Shown piece by piece: positions 49,010 to 61,673 of a stretch of DNA of 64,000 nucleotides. A program made the translations under genes and the position numbers. The DNA lies in assembly GCA_963778655.1 (NCBI GenBank), contig CAVZVA010000009.1:1-64000 (forward strand), written 5' to 3'. Below the pieces are notes generated by a model, which saw nothing but the letters and a program-made list of their open reading frames with translations, was not told the origin of the DNA and did no database searches. Origin of the DNA: an uncultured delta proteobacterium (lineage in GTDB: Bacteria; Myxococcota_A; Polyangia; Polyangiales; JAFGIB01). Each line of letters starts with the position of its first letter. Within the stretch, counting starts at the first letter, position 1.

Positions 49010-50289
49010 TCAGTACATGCGGCTGACGCCGGCCTCCGGGTCCTCGACGCCGACGACGTTACCGTCGTGCCGGTACTCGACGACGGTGCGGCCCGTCTCC
49101 GGGTCGACCCGCTCGAGCTCGGTCACCGTGCTCGTGCCCGTCGCCGGTGTGGTGCGGTTCGGCTCGCCGCCCTGCGGCTGCCCTCGTGCGTTCGGGCCCG
49201 CGCCACGGCGAGCGCCGGTGCCGTCGCGCGTGACCTTCAAGTCGACGAGGTAGCCCGAGGACGAGATGACGTGCTTCGCCTCGGTCACGTAGTACTTGCC
49301 CGAGAGAAGGCTCGAGATGCCGCGCACCTCGACGACCTGCTTCGCGCGCAACGTAGGGTCACCCACCACCTGCAGGGCGAGCTTCACCGTCTCACGTTCC
49401 GCGCGCCGGTAGCGGGCCGCCGACTCCCGTTCGGCGGCGGCGGGAGTGGGAGCGGACGTCGGATGCACGCTGGTCGTCGCGTTGCGCTCCTGGAGCGAGG
49501 TCTCGCCAGTCTCGCGATCGACCACCTCGAGGACGTCGCTCAGCGTCGCGCGCTCGACCGTCGCGCTCGTCGCGGCCGACTCCACCGTCGTCTTGGCGAG
49601 CGGATCGCGCCCACGCACCTCGACACGCCCGGCGCGTCTCTGGAGATCGCTCTCGACGTTGACGGAGATGATGTCGCCGCGGCCCGGGTCCGAGAACCAT
49701 GTCAGCACGTGCTTCGGCGCGCCGGCTTGATCGCGCGAGCGCCAGTGAAATCCGGTGTCATCGACGAAGTACTCGTACTCCTCACGCGCGGCGAGGCGTC
49801 GGAGGAAGCGGGCGTCGGTCTCCGCGCTCTGGCTGATGGTGTCGAGCACCTCGCCGGTGTCCTCGACGTCGAGGAACTCGCCCTCGTAGCCGTGCTCAGC
49901 GGCGATCTCCCGCACGACGTCGGCGCGCGACTTGTTCGCCCACGAGCGCGTCTTGGCCTCGCGGTTCATCAAGACGCTCGTGGCCTGGCCCTCGATGGTC
50001 AGTGTCTGGAAGCCCTTGAGCTTCTTCACGACGACGCGGCGCGGCGGGGCCATGTTGCCCGGGTAGCCCCACGACACTTCGAGCGTCGCGCCGCCCACCA
50101 GCTCCGCACGCTCGAACAGCGCAAGATCGAAGTTGTCGAGCTGGAGCGAGACCTGGTCGGCCTTCTTCTCGGCGTCCTCGTACGTGAAGGCGATGATGCG
50201 CCCCGCGAGGTCGAGGGGCTCACCGCTCGGCGCACGCTCGTTGTCGAGCAGCGTGATGCGCACGCCGGGCCCGCTGCGGTCGACGAGGG

Positions 50290-50293
<4 letters not shown>
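49010..50293 (-). CDS. Baseplate hub / late control D-like protein
   Basis: [19 protein letters not shown]...VSWGYPG...[14 protein letters not shown]...GDPTLRA...[13 protein letters not shown]. Confidence 0.85.
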
Positions 50294-50631
<338 letters not shown>

Positions 50632-50636
50632 GCCGA

Positions 50637-50668
50637 GGCAAAGCCTCGCGGCCCGTCCCCTCGGGGAC
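50637..50668 (-). promoter_or_regulatory. Motif B copy 3 (leaderless start)
   Basis: GTCCCC-N17-GGCTTTGCC-N5-ATG; no SD. Confidence 0.7.
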
Positions 50669-51180
50669 TACAGCTCAGCCTCGCGCAGCTCCTCGCTGGT
50701 CACGCGGGTGTCGAGGATCTCCTCGAACGTGACGTTCGCGGCGTAGACGAGCACGGTGCCATCGACCGCGAGCTGCTTGTAGGTGAACTCGACGCTCGCG
50801 ACGACGCACTCGACAGTGACGACCTCGGGCCAGATGAAGAGCACGCGCGGAGGCGCGGTGGCGGCGACGTCCTCCGTACCTTCGGGCGGCACGGTGAGCG
50901 CCCGCAGGAACGCCCTGAACTCGAGGATGTTCACGTCCCCCGGCTGCTCGGCAGCGAAGTAGCGGTCCAGGTAGAACTCGACGCCCGAGAGCTGCCGGTT
51001 CGCGGTGCTCTGGAACTGCAGCACCTGATGCGAGAGCCCCGGCACAGCGAGGCGGTTCCAATTCACCTGCAGCTTCTCCGAGAGCTGGGTCGGGTTGAAT
51101 AGGCAGTCCATCGATTCGCCGCTGCTCACGTTCACGAGCACGCAGCGCGGTGGTCGGGCGATGGCTCCGTCGAAGGACAT
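50668..51180 (-). CDS. Tube-initiator / CIS tube-like protein
   Basis: LFNPTQLSE...[11 protein letters not shown]...PPRVLFIWP...CVVASV...ANVTFEE. Confidence 0.8.
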   Translation of the reverse strand: MSFDGAIARPPRCVLVNVSSGESMDCLFNPTQLSEKLQVNWNRLAVPGLSHQVLQFQSTANRQLSGVEFYLDRYFAAEQPGDVNILEFRAFLRALTVPPEGTEDVAATAPPRVLFIWPEVVTVECVVASVEFTYKQLAVDGTVLVYAANVTFEEILDTRVTSEELREAEL

Positions 51181-51193
51181 CTCCGGCCTCCTG

Positions 51194-53876
51194 TCAGTAC
51201 GCCGGGACCGGCGAGAACGAGCGGGTGGCCGTGTCGCGGTCCGCTCGATGGACCGCGGTGGCGAGCGTGGTGCCGTCCACCTGGAGGTTGACCGTGATGG
51301 GCGGCGAGGCCGGGGGCGTTGCCGGCGTCATCGGAAACGACGCGGGGACGGCGGGCGTCATCGCCGCCACGGCGGGCATCGTGGAGGTGGCCGCGTCGAG
51401 GGCCGTCAGCGTCGAACCGGCGGGCGCCACGGTCACGCCGGCCGTGACCTCGTCGACGCCCTCGAGCAGCCCGCGCTCGATGTCCTGGCGCAGGCTGCGG
51501 ATCGCGTCGGCCCCGCCGAGGTCTGCTCCGAAGACGCCCGCGATGGTGTCGATGACACCCGCGATGGTCTCGACGAAGCCGAGCAGGAGCTGCGCGAGGA
51601 AGTTGATGGCGTTGAGCACGACCTTCTTGAAGCCCACCCAGACCTGCGCCCAGTTGCCGGTGACGAGCCCACCGAGGATGTCGACCACGCCGCCGATGAA
51701 CCCCACCACGGAGCGGAACGCCGCGATGACGACGGCGAGGCGGTTCACGACGAACGACACCATCACGCCGATGGCGCCGGCGATGCCCGCCGCGACGTAG
51801 CCTATGACCTGCCCGAGGAACTCGGCCACCGACCTCAGCGCTTCGAGCGAGCCTCCTGCCTGACCGCTGGCGCTCGACGTGAAGCCGAACATCGCGCCGA
51901 GCTTGCCGAGCTCCTGGAAGACCAAGGAGACCGCGTTCTTGACGGCGTCGAACACGGGCTGCAGCGGCGCCATCGCCGAGCGGAAGGTGTTGATGGCGCT
52001 CGTGACGACGTCGATGACGAACGTGAGCGCGCCGACGAAGACCTCGACGAGCACGCCTGCGATTTGTCCGAGGATGCGGCCGAACGCGGCGAAGTCGTTG
52101 GACGGGATGCCCGCCGCCGCGTTCGCCGACTCACCCGCGACGAGGCCCAGCGCCTGGCCGAGCCTGGTGAGCGCGCCGACGAAGGCCTCGAAGACCGGTG
52201 CCGCCGCCTCGATGGCAGCGCTGAAGCCCTCGCCGATGCCCTGGAAGAAGCGCTGGATGCGGAAGGCGATTCTGGTAGACGCGGATCAGGAAGGTCTTGA
52301 GCCCCGCGTTCTCCGCGCGGTTCAGCTCCTCGCGCACCGCGCCGGAGAAGCCGCCCTGCTCGAAGAGCTGCACGAGCCCTCGGAAGGCGAGCTTGATGCG
52401 GTCCCACACGCGCGCGAAGAAGTCGGCGATGCCGCCGACGTTGCTTCGGAACGCGACGACGAAGCCCGCCACCACCGCCGCGAGCACGCCGAAGATGAGG
52501 ATGGCCGGAAGGATGGTGGCCATCAGCCCGCCGAGCGTGATGCCCGCCGCCTTGAGCCCGATGAGGAGGAGGGCGAAGCCCGCCTTGGCAGCGATGACCG
52601 CGCCGACCAGCGCGACGACGGCGCCCGCCCCGACCACGAAGGCCGCGAAGGCCCGCTTCACAGGTGCCGGGAGCTGCCGGAACACGTTGAGCACCGCGTT
52701 CACGACCTCGACGACGATCGTCACGAGCGGCTTGAAGACCTGCGCGAACGGCTCGCCCGCGACGATGGCGAGGGTCTCGAGCGAGCCCGCGAGGAGCTGC
52801 TTCTGCCCCTCGAAGGTGTTGAGCATCTGCTCGCGGAAGCGCGCGGCCGTGCCCCCTGCGTTCTCGAACTGATCGCGCAGGTACGCGATCGCCGCTGCGC
52901 CGCGCAGCGTCTCCCCGGAGTTGGTGCGCACGCCGTTCGTGACCTGCGTGAGGATGGCGTTCACGCCGCCGAGCGCCTCGCGCCCGAACGTCGAGAGCAG
53001 GAACGCCGACCGCTGCGCCTCGCTCATCCGGTCGAGCTGAGGAGCGAGGTCGCCGAGAATGTCGAGGAAGCTGCGGAAGCGGTTCTGCGAGTCCGTCACC
53101 GACACGCCGACGCCGCGCAGCGCCTGCTGGACGCGCGGATTGGCCATGCGCTCCATCGCGACGGCGACGGCAGTGGAGGCGCGCTCGACGCCGGGGACGA
53201 TGTTCTTCACGAGGCCGAGCGAGATGAGCGTCTCGGACAGCGACTGGTGGAGAGCCTGGGCGCCGCGCGAGGCCGTGCCGAGGGCCAGCGGCAGCTCGCT
53301 CGCATCGAGCGCGAACACGTTGACCGCCTGCAGCATGCGGTCGACGGAGATGGATGCCTCGTCGATGGAGAGGCCAAACGCCTTCATGGCCTGCGAGGCG
53401 AGGCCCGCTGCCTGCGAGGGCGTGAGCTGACCGAGCGAGCCCGCCGCGAGGTCGAGCACCGGGTTCAGGAGGCGGACCGACTCGGTGACGTTGAAGCCGG
53501 CGGCGGCGAGGTCCTGCAGCGCCTGCGTCGCCTGCGTCGGGGAGAACTGCGTGGCGAGGCCCGCCTCGATGGCGGCGTCGTGGAGCCGAGTAAGCTCCTC
53601 GGCGGTCGCGCCCGCGATCGCACCTGCGGAGGCGACAGCCTGCTCGAACCGGCCGGCCGCGTTCGCCAGCGAGAACGCGGCCCCGACCGTGGCAGCGCCT
53701 GCGGTGAAGACGGCGAGGCCCACGCCGAGCTGCTGGAACGCGCTCTGGATGTTCTCGGTGCCGAGCCCGACGCGACGGTCGAGGCTCATGAAGTTGCGCT
53801 CGAGGTTGCCGATGGCGCCCGACGCGAGGTCACGCGCGGTGAAGACGAAGCCGAGGCCGAGGTTGTTGAGGGCCAC
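51194..53876 (-). CDS. Tail tape measure protein (TP901-type core); one frameshift near 52271
   Basis: [21 protein letters not shown]..., [11 protein letters not shown]; removing one base at [12 protein letters not shown] joins the 51194-52054 ORF (about 893 aa). Confidence 0.88.
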
Positions 53877-53879
53877 GGG

Positions 53880-54083
53880 TCACTTCCTCCCTCGACCGTT
53901 GCGCGCGGCCTTCTCCAGCTCCTTCGCCTCCCGCGCGCGCTGGCTCCCGATCCGCTCGATCAGCCAGTCGCGATCCGTCGTCGGCAGCTCGAGGGCGTCG
54001 TCGAGCGTCACTGCGAGGCCGGAGCCTCCGTGCTGCTGCCAGCAGAGCTGGAAGATGCCCTCGCGCCAGCTCTCCATGGTCAC
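53880..54083 (-). CDS. Small protein preceding tape measure (tail chaperone second ORF-like)
   Basis: GTG overlaps the chaperone stop; [13 protein letters not shown]...[15 protein letters not shown]. Confidence 0.65.
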   Translation of the reverse strand: MTMESWREGIFQLCWQQHGGSGLAVTLDDALELPTTDRDWLIERIGSQRAREAKELEKAARNGRGRK

Positions 54084-54856
54084 GTCGGGGAAGAGGTGCT
54101 CCGGGCTTTCCGCCTCGCAGTCCTGTCCCGGCCCGGCAGGAAGAACCCCTTGTCGAAAGGGAGGTCGACGTCCTGCGTGCCGAAGCACTCGGGGCACTCG
54201 ATCTCGATGGTCGTGTCCACGCCGCAGTCGACCCGGTCGAACTCGTCGACGAGGAAGTCGGCGTCGCGCAGCGTGAGGTCCTCGAGAAACTGGCGCTTGG
54301 CCTTGGCGTCGACGCCGTCGATGTCGAGCACGCGGTACGCGAGCACTGCCGAGAGGAGCTTGTCGGGCGCGGAGCGCTGGAGCGCCGGGAGCTTCCGCTC
54401 GTCCTCGCCCGTGAGGAGCCGGAAGCGGACGCGCTTGCCGGCGTCGGGCAGCGTCGTCTCGAAGCGGTTCCCGCCGACGAACGCGGCGCGGCTCTCCTCG
54501 GAGAGCGGGCGCACCGGGAGCTTGGTCAGCTCGACCTCCCAGTCGATGCGCGCGCGGCAGGCGTCGTTCCGGCAGCTGACACCGAAGGCGTACTCCGGCC
54601 CGTAGGTCAGCGCGCGGACCATGAGCAGGGCGAAGAACCGGTCGCCCTGGAGCACCTTGCCCCAGTCGACCTTGCCGCCCTCGCCGAAGACGTAGGGCCC
54701 CGGGTCGAGGGTCTCCTCCCAGCACGAGCCGAGCAGCTCGTCGATTTGCCCTCCGTTCTTGGCGAGCTTGCGGTCAGCGAGGACGCGCTCCTCGCGAACC
54801 TTCATGCCGCGAACGCGGCCCGAGAGCCCCGAAGGGCACGTGATGACGTCTGCCAT
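54080..54856 (-). CDS. Tail assembly chaperone (T4 gp26-like baseplate hub chaperone family)
   Basis: ITCPSG...RGMKVREE...[15 protein letters not shown]...C..C...FRLLTGEDE...ECPECF; position between tube and TMP. Confidence 0.75.
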   Translation of the reverse strand: MADVITCPSGLSGRVRGMKVREERVLADRKLAKNGGQIDELLGSCWEETLDPGPYVFGEGGKVDWGKVLQGDRFFALLMVRALTYGPEYAFGVSCRNDACRARIDWEVELTKLPVRPLSEESRAAFVGGNRFETTLPDAGKRVRFRLLTGEDERKLPALQRSAPDKLLSAVLAYRVLDIDGVDAKAKRQFLEDLTLRDADFLVDEFDRVDCGVDTTIEIECPECFGTQDVDLPFDKGFFLPGRDRTARRKARSTSSPT

Positions 54857-54872
54857 GCGCTGCCTCCACCGG

Positions 54873-54903
54873 GGCAAAGCCGAAGAACGGGCGCACCGGG
54901 GAC
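54873..54903 (-). promoter_or_regulatory. Motif B copy 4
   Basis: GTCCCC-N16-GGCTTTGCC-N5-GGAGG-N6-ATG. Confidence 0.7.
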
Positions 54904-54931
54904 ACGAGCGGGTAACATCGTCGGAAGCAGC

Positions 54932-55642
54932 ATGCCGACCACCGCCAGGAAACACTTCGACGAGGACATCAAGCGCGCGGAGGATCTTCTCGCGGGCGCG
55001 AAGGCCGTCCCTGCAGCGAGCGCCGCGCTCGCCGAGGACCAGTTTCGAGGTGCCGTGGTCATGGCTGTGGGCGCGATGGACGCGTATCTGTGCGACGCCT
55101 ACGTCGACTGCCTCTCTAAGGCTCTGAAGGCGTGCAAGACCACCCCGGGGACCAAGCTACCGAGCGACTACGCGAAGGAGCTGCTTCCTGCGGGGCCGCT
55201 GATGAACGGGGTGTACACCAAGCGCGCCAACTGGGCCCTGCGCGTTGCCGCACGACGCCGCATGGACAGGGAGAACATGCTTCAGGTGGGCCGCGTGAAG
55301 GACATGCTCAACCCCGTTCTTCCGAACGGTCAGAAGCTCTGGATGGATGTGATCGACAAGTACATCGCGCTGAACCGGAAGAGGCTCACGAGCATCAACC
55401 AGACCGAACTGGCGGCCGTGCCCGCGAACAAGAAGACAGACGCACAGAAGAAGGCCGTCGCTGCGCTCTTGAGGCGCGTCGGGTCGATCGTCCAAAGGCG
55501 CCACGACATCGCGCACAACTGCGATAGGCCTAAGGTCGCCCTTCAGATCATCGATGAGCCGCGCACGAAGAAGATGCTGGCGGACATCAAGAGCTTCGTC
55601 TCGATCCTGGACGACCACCTGGCAGCCCACTGCACGGTCTGA
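54932..55642 (+). CDS. HEPN-domain protein (moron, antisense to the structural operon)
   Basis: N-terminal [15 protein letters not shown] helix and C-terminal RRHDIAH (R-x4-H) motif. Confidence 0.75.
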   Translation: MPTTARKHFDEDIKRAEDLLAGAKAVPAASAALAEDQFRGAVVMAVGAMDAYLCDAYVDCLSKALKACKTTPGTKLPSDYAKELLPAGPLMNGVYTKRANWALRVAARRRMDRENMLQVGRVKDMLNPVLPNGQKLWMDVIDKYIALNRKRLTSINQTELAAVPANKKTDAQKKAVAALLRRVGSIVQRRHDIAHNCDRPKVALQIIDEPRTKKMLADIKSFVSILDDHLAAHCTV

Positions 55643-55646
55643 ACGC

Positions 55647-56108
<462 letters not shown>

Positions 56109-56119
56109 GGGTTAGCTCC

Positions 56120-58342
56120 TCATCCCTCTGCGGTCGCGAGCTCGGCCTCGAGCGCGCGCGTGTCCTGGCTGATGCGGAGGATGATGAACTCCGCGGGCTT
56201 GTTGGTGGCGAGGCCCACGCGGGCGATGAGCTTGCCGGCGAAGATGACCGTGGGCGTGTTGAGCTGCTCGCTCACATCGACGAAGAACGCGGTGCTCGGC
56301 GTCCTGCTGCGGAATGCGCCGTTGTTCATCTGCGCGAGCAGGAAAGCGGTGATGGTGCGCCGGACCTGCGCGCGCAGCCCCTCGGTGTTGTTCTTGTGCC
56401 GCGCGAACTGGAGGCCCTGCTTCAGACTCCGCTCGATGAAGATGACGCCGCGACGCTCCGCGACGTAGGGGAAGTTGCCGCTGCCCTTGAGCGTGCGCGA
56501 GCCGTCGATGAAGCGCGGCAGGCCCGGGCCCGTGGTCAGCGGGTTGATGCGATGAGGATAGACGAGGTCGCGCTTGTTCTCCTCGAGGACCTCGTCCGTC
56601 TCGAAGCCGAGGACACCGAACATGCGGCCCGCCTCGATGCCTGCGGGCGGGTCGTAGACGCCGCCCGGCTGCGCCGAGTCCGTGCGCGCGAAGACGCCGG
56701 CCACGATGCCCGAGGGCGGGACGACGAGCTGCTCGGCCGACCCGAACACGCTCTTGGCCGGGTTGAGCACCTTCACCCGAGGCCAGTAGATCGCCCCGAA
56801 CTCGGAGAGCTCCTCGAGTGCGGCCGTCGTCGCGACGTAGGTGACGATGTCCGTCGCACTCTGGTTCGAGGGCGGATCGAGCACCGCGAAGACCGCGCCG
56901 TCGCGGTCGACCTCGCAGTAGCGCACCATCGCGTTGTGGACGGCGGGCGTGGCGCGCCCTGGGACGAGGAGCAGCGACAGCTCCTGCACCTGGTCGAGCG
57001 CGTGAAGGCCCGTCTTGGCGGGCTCGCTGCCGATGAAGTCGTTGTCATCGAGCCCCACGAGTCCGTCGCTGCCGCCCGTGAGGGCCACCGTCTGGGGCGG
57101 CGGGATGGGCGCACCCACGAGGAGCTGGTCGATGACGCGCACGTAGACGGAGCCGTTGCGCGCGTCGTTGACGATGCTCTCGACGTAGCGCGCCTCGCTC
57201 GGGTTCATCGAGAGGTTCGGGAAGGTCTCGCGGTAGGCGCCGTCCTCCACGACGAGCAGGTCGAACGCGCTCGGCGAGCCGTTCGTGGCGGCGCGAACTT
57301 CGGCCTCGACGCGGTTCGCGTAGGCGCCAGGGTCCTTGCCCTCGACGCGCACGGAGTTGGCGGTGCCCGAGGCTGCGCCGGAGTGGAGGGCGTTGTCGAG
57401 CCCGAACGCAGCCGCCGTAGCAGCGGCGGCCTGGACGCTGGCGCCCGGGCCGGTCGCGACGGTGCGGATGTCGAGCCCGCCGCCCACACCCGCGTCGACG
57501 GTCACGGTGGGGATCGCCGCCTCGACGACGGCCTTCACCTCGGCGACCTCGACGGCCCGCAGGTTCGCGACGTTGCCGCCGCCGACGGAGGCTGCACCGG
57601 GGAACGCGAGCACCGCGTTCGCGGTGCCGCCGGTAACCTGCACGCGGCTCGCGGTGCCTTCGGTGTCGCTCGCCAGTCGAACGATGCCGCCCGGCGTGGT
57701 GGCGCGCCCGCCGACGATCACCGCGTTGATGGCGGCGGCGACCTCGGTGGCCGTGGCGTTGGCGATGTCGGCGAAGTCCGCGGCCGAGAACAGCACCGTC
57801 TGCTCGAGGCCGTTGTCGACGCGCAGGAGCAGCTCCATGCCGTCGGCGAGCGCGTACGGACCCGCACCGCCAGCCGCCATCGCGGCCGCCGAGCCGTTGA
57901 ACACCGCGTCGGCATCGGGCGCACCGTCCACTGAGAGACGAACGAGCTCTCCGTCGTTCAGCACGAAGGGTCCGGGCGCGGCGCCGTGCAGGATGCCCGG
58001 CGTGGGACCGCCGCCCGCGACGAGGAAGCCCGCAGCGCGTACGGCGGTGGCGGTCGCTGCGTTGGCGACGTTCGAGTAGTGCGTGGTGCGGACCACCCAG
58101 AGCTGCGCCCCGCCGTTCTCGAAGAAGCCCATTGCAGCGAGCGCGAGATCCGAGTCGGGCGTGAAGCCGCCGAACTTGGTCTGGAAGTCGTCGAACGACG
58201 TGCAGAGCACGGCTTCGCCGATGGGGCCGCGCTCGGTGACGCCGACCGCGCCCGCGACGGAGGTGGGAGCCGAGGGGATGCCGCGAACCTTCGGCTCCTC
58301 CTCGACGATGACGACCTTGGACGACAGGAGCTGTCCGCTCAC
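56120..58342 (-). CDS. Contractile tail sheath protein
   Basis: [54 protein letters not shown]. Confidence 0.95.
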   Translation of the reverse strand: MSGQLLSSKVVIVEEEPKVRGIPSAPTSVAGAVGVTERGPIGEAVLCTSFDDFQTKFGGFTPDSDLALAAMGFFENGGAQLWVVRTTHYSNVANAATATAVRAAGFLVAGGGPTPGILHGAAPGPFVLNDGELVRLSVDGAPDADAVFNGSAAAMAAGGAGPYALADGMELLLRVDNGLEQTVLFSAADFADIANATATEVAAAINAVIVGGRATTPGGIVRLASDTEGTASRVQVTGGTANAVLAFPGAASVGGGNVANLRAVEVAEVKAVVEAAIPTVTVDAGVGGGLDIRTVATGPGASVQAAAATAAAFGLDNALHSGAASGTANSVRVEGKDPGAYANRVEAEVRAATNGSPSAFDLLVVEDGAYRETFPNLSMNPSEARYVESIVNDARNGSVYVRVIDQLLVGAPIPPPQTVALTGGSDGLVGLDDNDFIGSEPAKTGLHALDQVQELSLLLVPGRATPAVHNAMVRYCEVDRDGAVFAVLDPPSNQSATDIVTYVATTAALEELSEFGAIYWPRVKVLNPAKSVFGSAEQLVVPPSGIVAGVFARTDSAQPGGVYDPPAGIEAGRMFGVLGFETDEVLEENKRDLVYPHRINPLTTGPGLPRFIDGSRTLKGSGNFPYVAERRGVIFIERSLKQGLQFARHKNNTEGLRAQVRRTITAFLLAQMNNGAFRSRTPSTAFFVDVSEQLNTPTVIFAGKLIARVGLATNKPAEFIILRISQDTRALEAELATAEG

Positions 58343-58698
58343 GATGCACCTCGCTTGTTCTTCTTCGCCTTCACGTCAGGGCGGCTGACCTCGGCGAGCG
58401 AGGTCGTGTGAAAGGGTGGAGTCGCGGCCACGACGGGCTTCGGCAGCTCAGGCACGTGGCGCTTCACGGCCAGGTCGCCGCGCTTCACCGCGCGCACGAC
58501 GTCGGGGATGGTCAGCACCGCGTCATCGAGCGCGGGGCTGGTCACGTCGCTCGCGAGCGTGAGGGACTTGGCCGTGCGCCGTGCCCGGCGCCCCTGCTCG
58601 ACGTCGCAGCGGCACTCGCCAAGCGCCTTGCAGTACGTCTCGTGCGCGAGCACGAAGACGAGGCAGCGCCCGCTGGTGTTGGTCAGAGAGACGGTCAC
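58339..58698 (-). CDS. Hypothetical protein upstream of the sheath
   Basis: Coupled by 4-nt overlaps on both sides; GGAGG SD. Confidence 0.65.
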   Translation of the reverse strand: MTVSLTNTSGRCLVFVLAHETYCKALGECRCDVEQGRRARRTAKSLTLASDVTSPALDDAVLTIPDVVRAVKRGDLAVKRHVPELPKPVVAATPPFHTTSLAEVSRPDVKAKKNKRGAS

Positions 58699-59603
58699 GG
58701 AGCACCTCCGGGAGCGATGGCCTGCGTCGGAAGCAGCTCGGGCTCGGTGACGCGCTTGCCGAGATCGAGGGGCAGCCCCTCGTCGACGTCGAAGCCGCGC
58801 ACGACGAAGCCGCAGGTGAACGCGCGCACGTCGTCCTTGCCCGCAAGCTGCGTACGGAACTCGCCATCGGTGTCGAGCTCCCAGCGGACGGTGCCTCGCG
58901 ACGCGTCGGCGGGATCGCGCTGCAGCTCGAGCCAGCGGTTGCGGTTCAGGAATGTCGCGACCGCCGCCATCAGGTTGAACAGCTCGGCGGTCCGCTCCGA
59001 CGCGGCGGTGAGCGAGAAGACGAGGTCGACGGTGTACGGTGGCTTGCGCCGAACGATCTCGGGCCCAGAGACGCCGCCCACCACGTCCTCATGGGCGACG
59101 TTCGCCGAGTAGAATCGGTTCGGGCGAAGCGTCGGCCCGGAGAGAACCAGCGACGGCACCTTCGCCATCGCGATGACGTTCAGCCCGTCGAGCGTCGTGT
59201 CGTCGTAGTCGACGCTGACCGTGGCGCTGACGTTCGCGAGCACCTGGCGCTTCAGCTCGCGCAGCATCTGCCGGATGACGCGAGTGAGATCGGCCTCGCG
59301 CGCAACGGTCGGACGCGAGAACCGGTAGGCGCTCGCGAGCACCACGGACTCGCCGGGCATCGGGTCGCCCGCCGCGTCGAGGTTCTGCAGTTCCACGTCG
59401 ACGACGCCGACCGCGTGGACCGGCGTGCGGAGGTCGACGATCCGCTGCCCGGCCTCGTCACGGACGGACAGCACCTCGGCGAGCACACCGCCGAACAGCA
59501 CCCGGACCCGGTTGGCGAGGTCGGCTCCGACGAGCCGCACGAGGTCGCCGCCGCTGGACGGCCCAGCGGGTGGCTGCACGGAGCTGAGAGTCGGGAGGGC
59601 CAC
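58695..59603 (-). CDS. IPT/TIG-domain protein, putative tail terminator/completion
   Basis: PTLSSVQPPAGPSSGGDLVRLVG...VLFGG (IPT/TIG); C-terminal PPYTVDLVFSL domain; position before the sheath. Confidence 0.7.
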   Translation of the reverse strand: MALPTLSSVQPPAGPSSGGDLVRLVGADLANRVRVLFGGVLAEVLSVRDEAGQRIVDLRTPVHAVGVVDVELQNLDAAGDPMPGESVVLASAYRFSRPTVAREADLTRVIRQMLRELKRQVLANVSATVSVDYDDTTLDGLNVIAMAKVPSLVLSGPTLRPNRFYSANVAHEDVVGGVSGPEIVRRKPPYTVDLVFSLTAASERTAELFNLMAAVATFLNRNRWLELQRDPADASRGTVRWELDTDGEFRTQLAGKDDVRAFTCGFVVRGFDVDEGLPLDLGKRVTEPELLPTQAIAPGGAP

Positions 59604-59608
59604 GCGGA

Positions 59609-59640
59609 GGCAAAGCCACGGGACTTGGTGCTCAGGGGAC
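59609..59640 (-). promoter_or_regulatory. Motif B copy 5 (leaderless start)
   Basis: GTCCCC-N17-GGCTTTGCC-N5-GTG; no SD. Confidence 0.7.
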
Positions 59641-59653
59641 GCGCCCCTTCACA

Positions 59654-60244
59654 TCAGGGCGCGAGGCCAAGCTCCCTGGCGACGCGCTCCAGGAACCGCC
59701 TGCTGGCGCCCTCCCGGAACTTGTCAAACGCGGGCCGGAGGAAAGGCCGCGCCGGGACCTGCACGACGATGACGCCGCGCCCGCCGCCTCCCGTGGGCTC
59801 CTTGCCTGCCTTGCGGAGCAGCGCGAACAGGAAGCGCCGCATCTTCGGCGTGATGGGGATGATGACCGGCGGACCGCCGAACTCGTGGAGCTTCGCGAGG
59901 TCCACCATCGAGGCACCATCCTTCGAGCGTGCCGAACGCGAGACGCCGATGAAGGCCTCGTCGCCCTGCACGATCACGGTGATGGAGTTGCGGAGGTCGC
60001 CGCGGACAATCAGCGCCTTGCTCCCGCCGAAGCCCTCGAGCTGGCGGGCGGCGATTGTGAGCGGCGACGGAGGCTTCAGTGGCTCGCCACCGGGCGCTTG
60101 GCTCGTGAGCCCCTGGACGATGTCGTTGCGCAGGGCGTGAGCCTCCTGGCGCACGGCGGTGCCGATCGCCGCTTGCAGGCGCTGTGGCGCAGCGGTGAGG
60201 AGTCGCCGCGCCCGTGCCCAATCTCCCGTGCGCGAGACCGCCAT
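59654..60244 (-). CDS. Phage virion morphogenesis (tail completion, Mu gpG-like) protein
   Basis: [28 protein letters not shown]. Confidence 0.85.
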   Translation of the reverse strand: MAVSRTGDWARARRLLTAAPQRLQAAIGTAVRQEAHALRNDIVQGLTSQAPGGEPLKPPSPLTIAARQLEGFGGSKALIVRGDLRNSITVIVQGDEAFIGVSRSARSKDGASMVDLAKLHEFGGPPVIIPITPKMRRFLFALLRKAGKEPTGGGGRGVIVVQVPARPFLRPAFDKFREGASRRFLERVARELGLAP

Positions 60245-60247
60245 CGC

Positions 60248-60886
60248 TTACCCCTGCTTGAAGCGAAGGCGCGGCACGTGCTCGTCGAGCCAGCCAAGCG
60301 CAACGTGCGTCGCCTCGTTGATGACCGCGCCCTTCCTCACGCTAATGGCCGAGAGCGCGAGCGACTTGGCCGTGACCTCGATGTCCTCGTCTCGGCAGCC
60401 GTAGTCCTTGAGGACCGATGCCGTGCGCTGTGCCGAGGGCGTCGTGCCCGTGCGCCAGAACTGCAGCTCCAGGTTCGAGCGGTAGGCCTCGGCCTCCCAG
60501 CGGGCGCGGGCCCCGCGGTCCGCGAGGTAGCTGACCTCGTAGGAGAGCCCTTCACGATCGTGCTGCACGACGTGCTGGTGCTCGTGCACGCAGATGACGA
60601 CCTGATGCCAGAGGTCCCAGCCGCCCTTGGGCGAGCCGATCTCGAACGGCGTGTAGATGCGCCGACCGATGGTGGTCGTGAAGTTCTTGAGGAAGCGCTC
60701 CTTGCTCTGGACGCCGAGTGCTTCGAGCCCGCGCGCGACGAGCTGCATCTCGAGCGCGCTCGACTTGTTGATGACGCTCGTGCGGAAGTGGTCCTGCATG
60801 AAGCGCCAGAACGCCCAGACCTCCTCGGGCTTCACGTCGAGGAAGATCTTGCCGACGACCGGCAGCGACTGGAGGTAGCCCTTCAT
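60248..60886 (-). CDS. HExxH zincin-like metallopeptidase-domain protein
   Basis: TTIGRRIY...VHEHQHVVQ...Y...RARWEAEAY. Confidence 0.7.
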   Translation of the reverse strand: MKGYLQSLPVVGKIFLDVKPEEVWAFWRFMQDHFRTSVINKSSALEMQLVARGLEALGVQSKERFLKNFTTTIGRRIYTPFEIGSPKGGWDLWHQVVICVHEHQHVVQHDREGLSYEVSYLADRGARARWEAEAYRSNLELQFWRTGTTPSAQRTASVLKDYGCRDEDIEVTAKSLALSAISVRKGAVINEATHVALGWLDEHVPRLRFKQG

Positions 60887-61173
60887 CGCCCACCTCCCGC
60901 CGCCGCGTCCGCGTCGCTCGCGGGCACGCAGGTGTGTCCGGTGATTCGACCGTCTTCAGTTGCCTCGTCGACGTACGCGCAGACGAAGGGCGCACCGCTC
61001 CGCTCGCTCACGTCGTCGCAGTCGGCGAGCTCGTGGTAGCTGCCGTCCGCGTCGCAGATCTCGGCCGTGTTGCTGGTGCAACGCGTGGCGCCCCGGACGC
61101 AGCCGTCGATGGGTCGGCAGTGCGCGCCGAGGCAGAGGGCGGCCAGGGCGCTGAAAATGAGGGCTCGCATCAT
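60883..61173 (-). CDS. Small secreted Cys-rich protein
   Basis: N-terminal hydrophobic signal, 8 Cys in 96 aa, coupled by overlaps on both sides. Confidence 0.65.
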   Translation of the reverse strand: MMRALIFSALAALCLGAHCRPIDGCVRGATRCTSNTAEICDADGSYHELADCDDVSERSGAPFVCAYVDEATEDGRITGHTCVPASDADAAAGGGR

Positions 61174-61673
61174 GATCCACTCCGTGCGGCTGCGCGGTCC
61201 TGGAAGGAGACGAGCAGCAGGTTGCGGCTGGGCCGACGCCGATGGAGCCCGAAGCCGATGGGACGCGCCTCGGTCACGTAAAGACCGGGTGGCGTGCGCA
61301 CGGCCTGGACGAGCTGGCCGTCGCGCGCGTAGAGCGCGCCCAGCCTGTCGCTCGGGCGAATCAGGGCGTCGCCCGAGGCAGCGTCGACGAGGCCGAGCCG
61401 CTCGAGGTCCCTGAAGTGGAAGACCAGATCGAAGCTCGACCTGGGCGTGTTCCCGGACGTCGCCATGCGCAAGGCTTCAAAAGCCTCCGGCTCCACCTGG
61501 CAGGGGACGCGCACCGGCAGATGCTCGCGACGAAAGGGCTCACCGACACCATCGTCGTCTGTGTCGACGAGGACGGGCTCCTTGAAGTCCTCGTCGTAGT
61601 CGGGCGCCATCGCCTGCGTGTCGAGGCGATGCAGTTCCGCGACGAACGGGAAGATGAGGCGCCCGCGCATCAC
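61170..61673 (-). CDS. Putative head-closure/neck protein
   Basis: Position after connector; beta-rich pattern YDEDFKEP...VPCQVE...YVTEARP. Confidence 0.55.
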   Translation of the reverse strand: MMRGRLIFPFVAELHRLDTQAMAPDYDEDFKEPVLVDTDDDGVGEPFRREHLPVRVPCQVEPEAFEALRMATSGNTPRSSFDLVFHFRDLERLGLVDAASGDALIRPSDRLGALYARDGQLVQAVRTPPGLYVTEARPIGFGLHRRRPSRNLLLVSFQDRAAARSGS

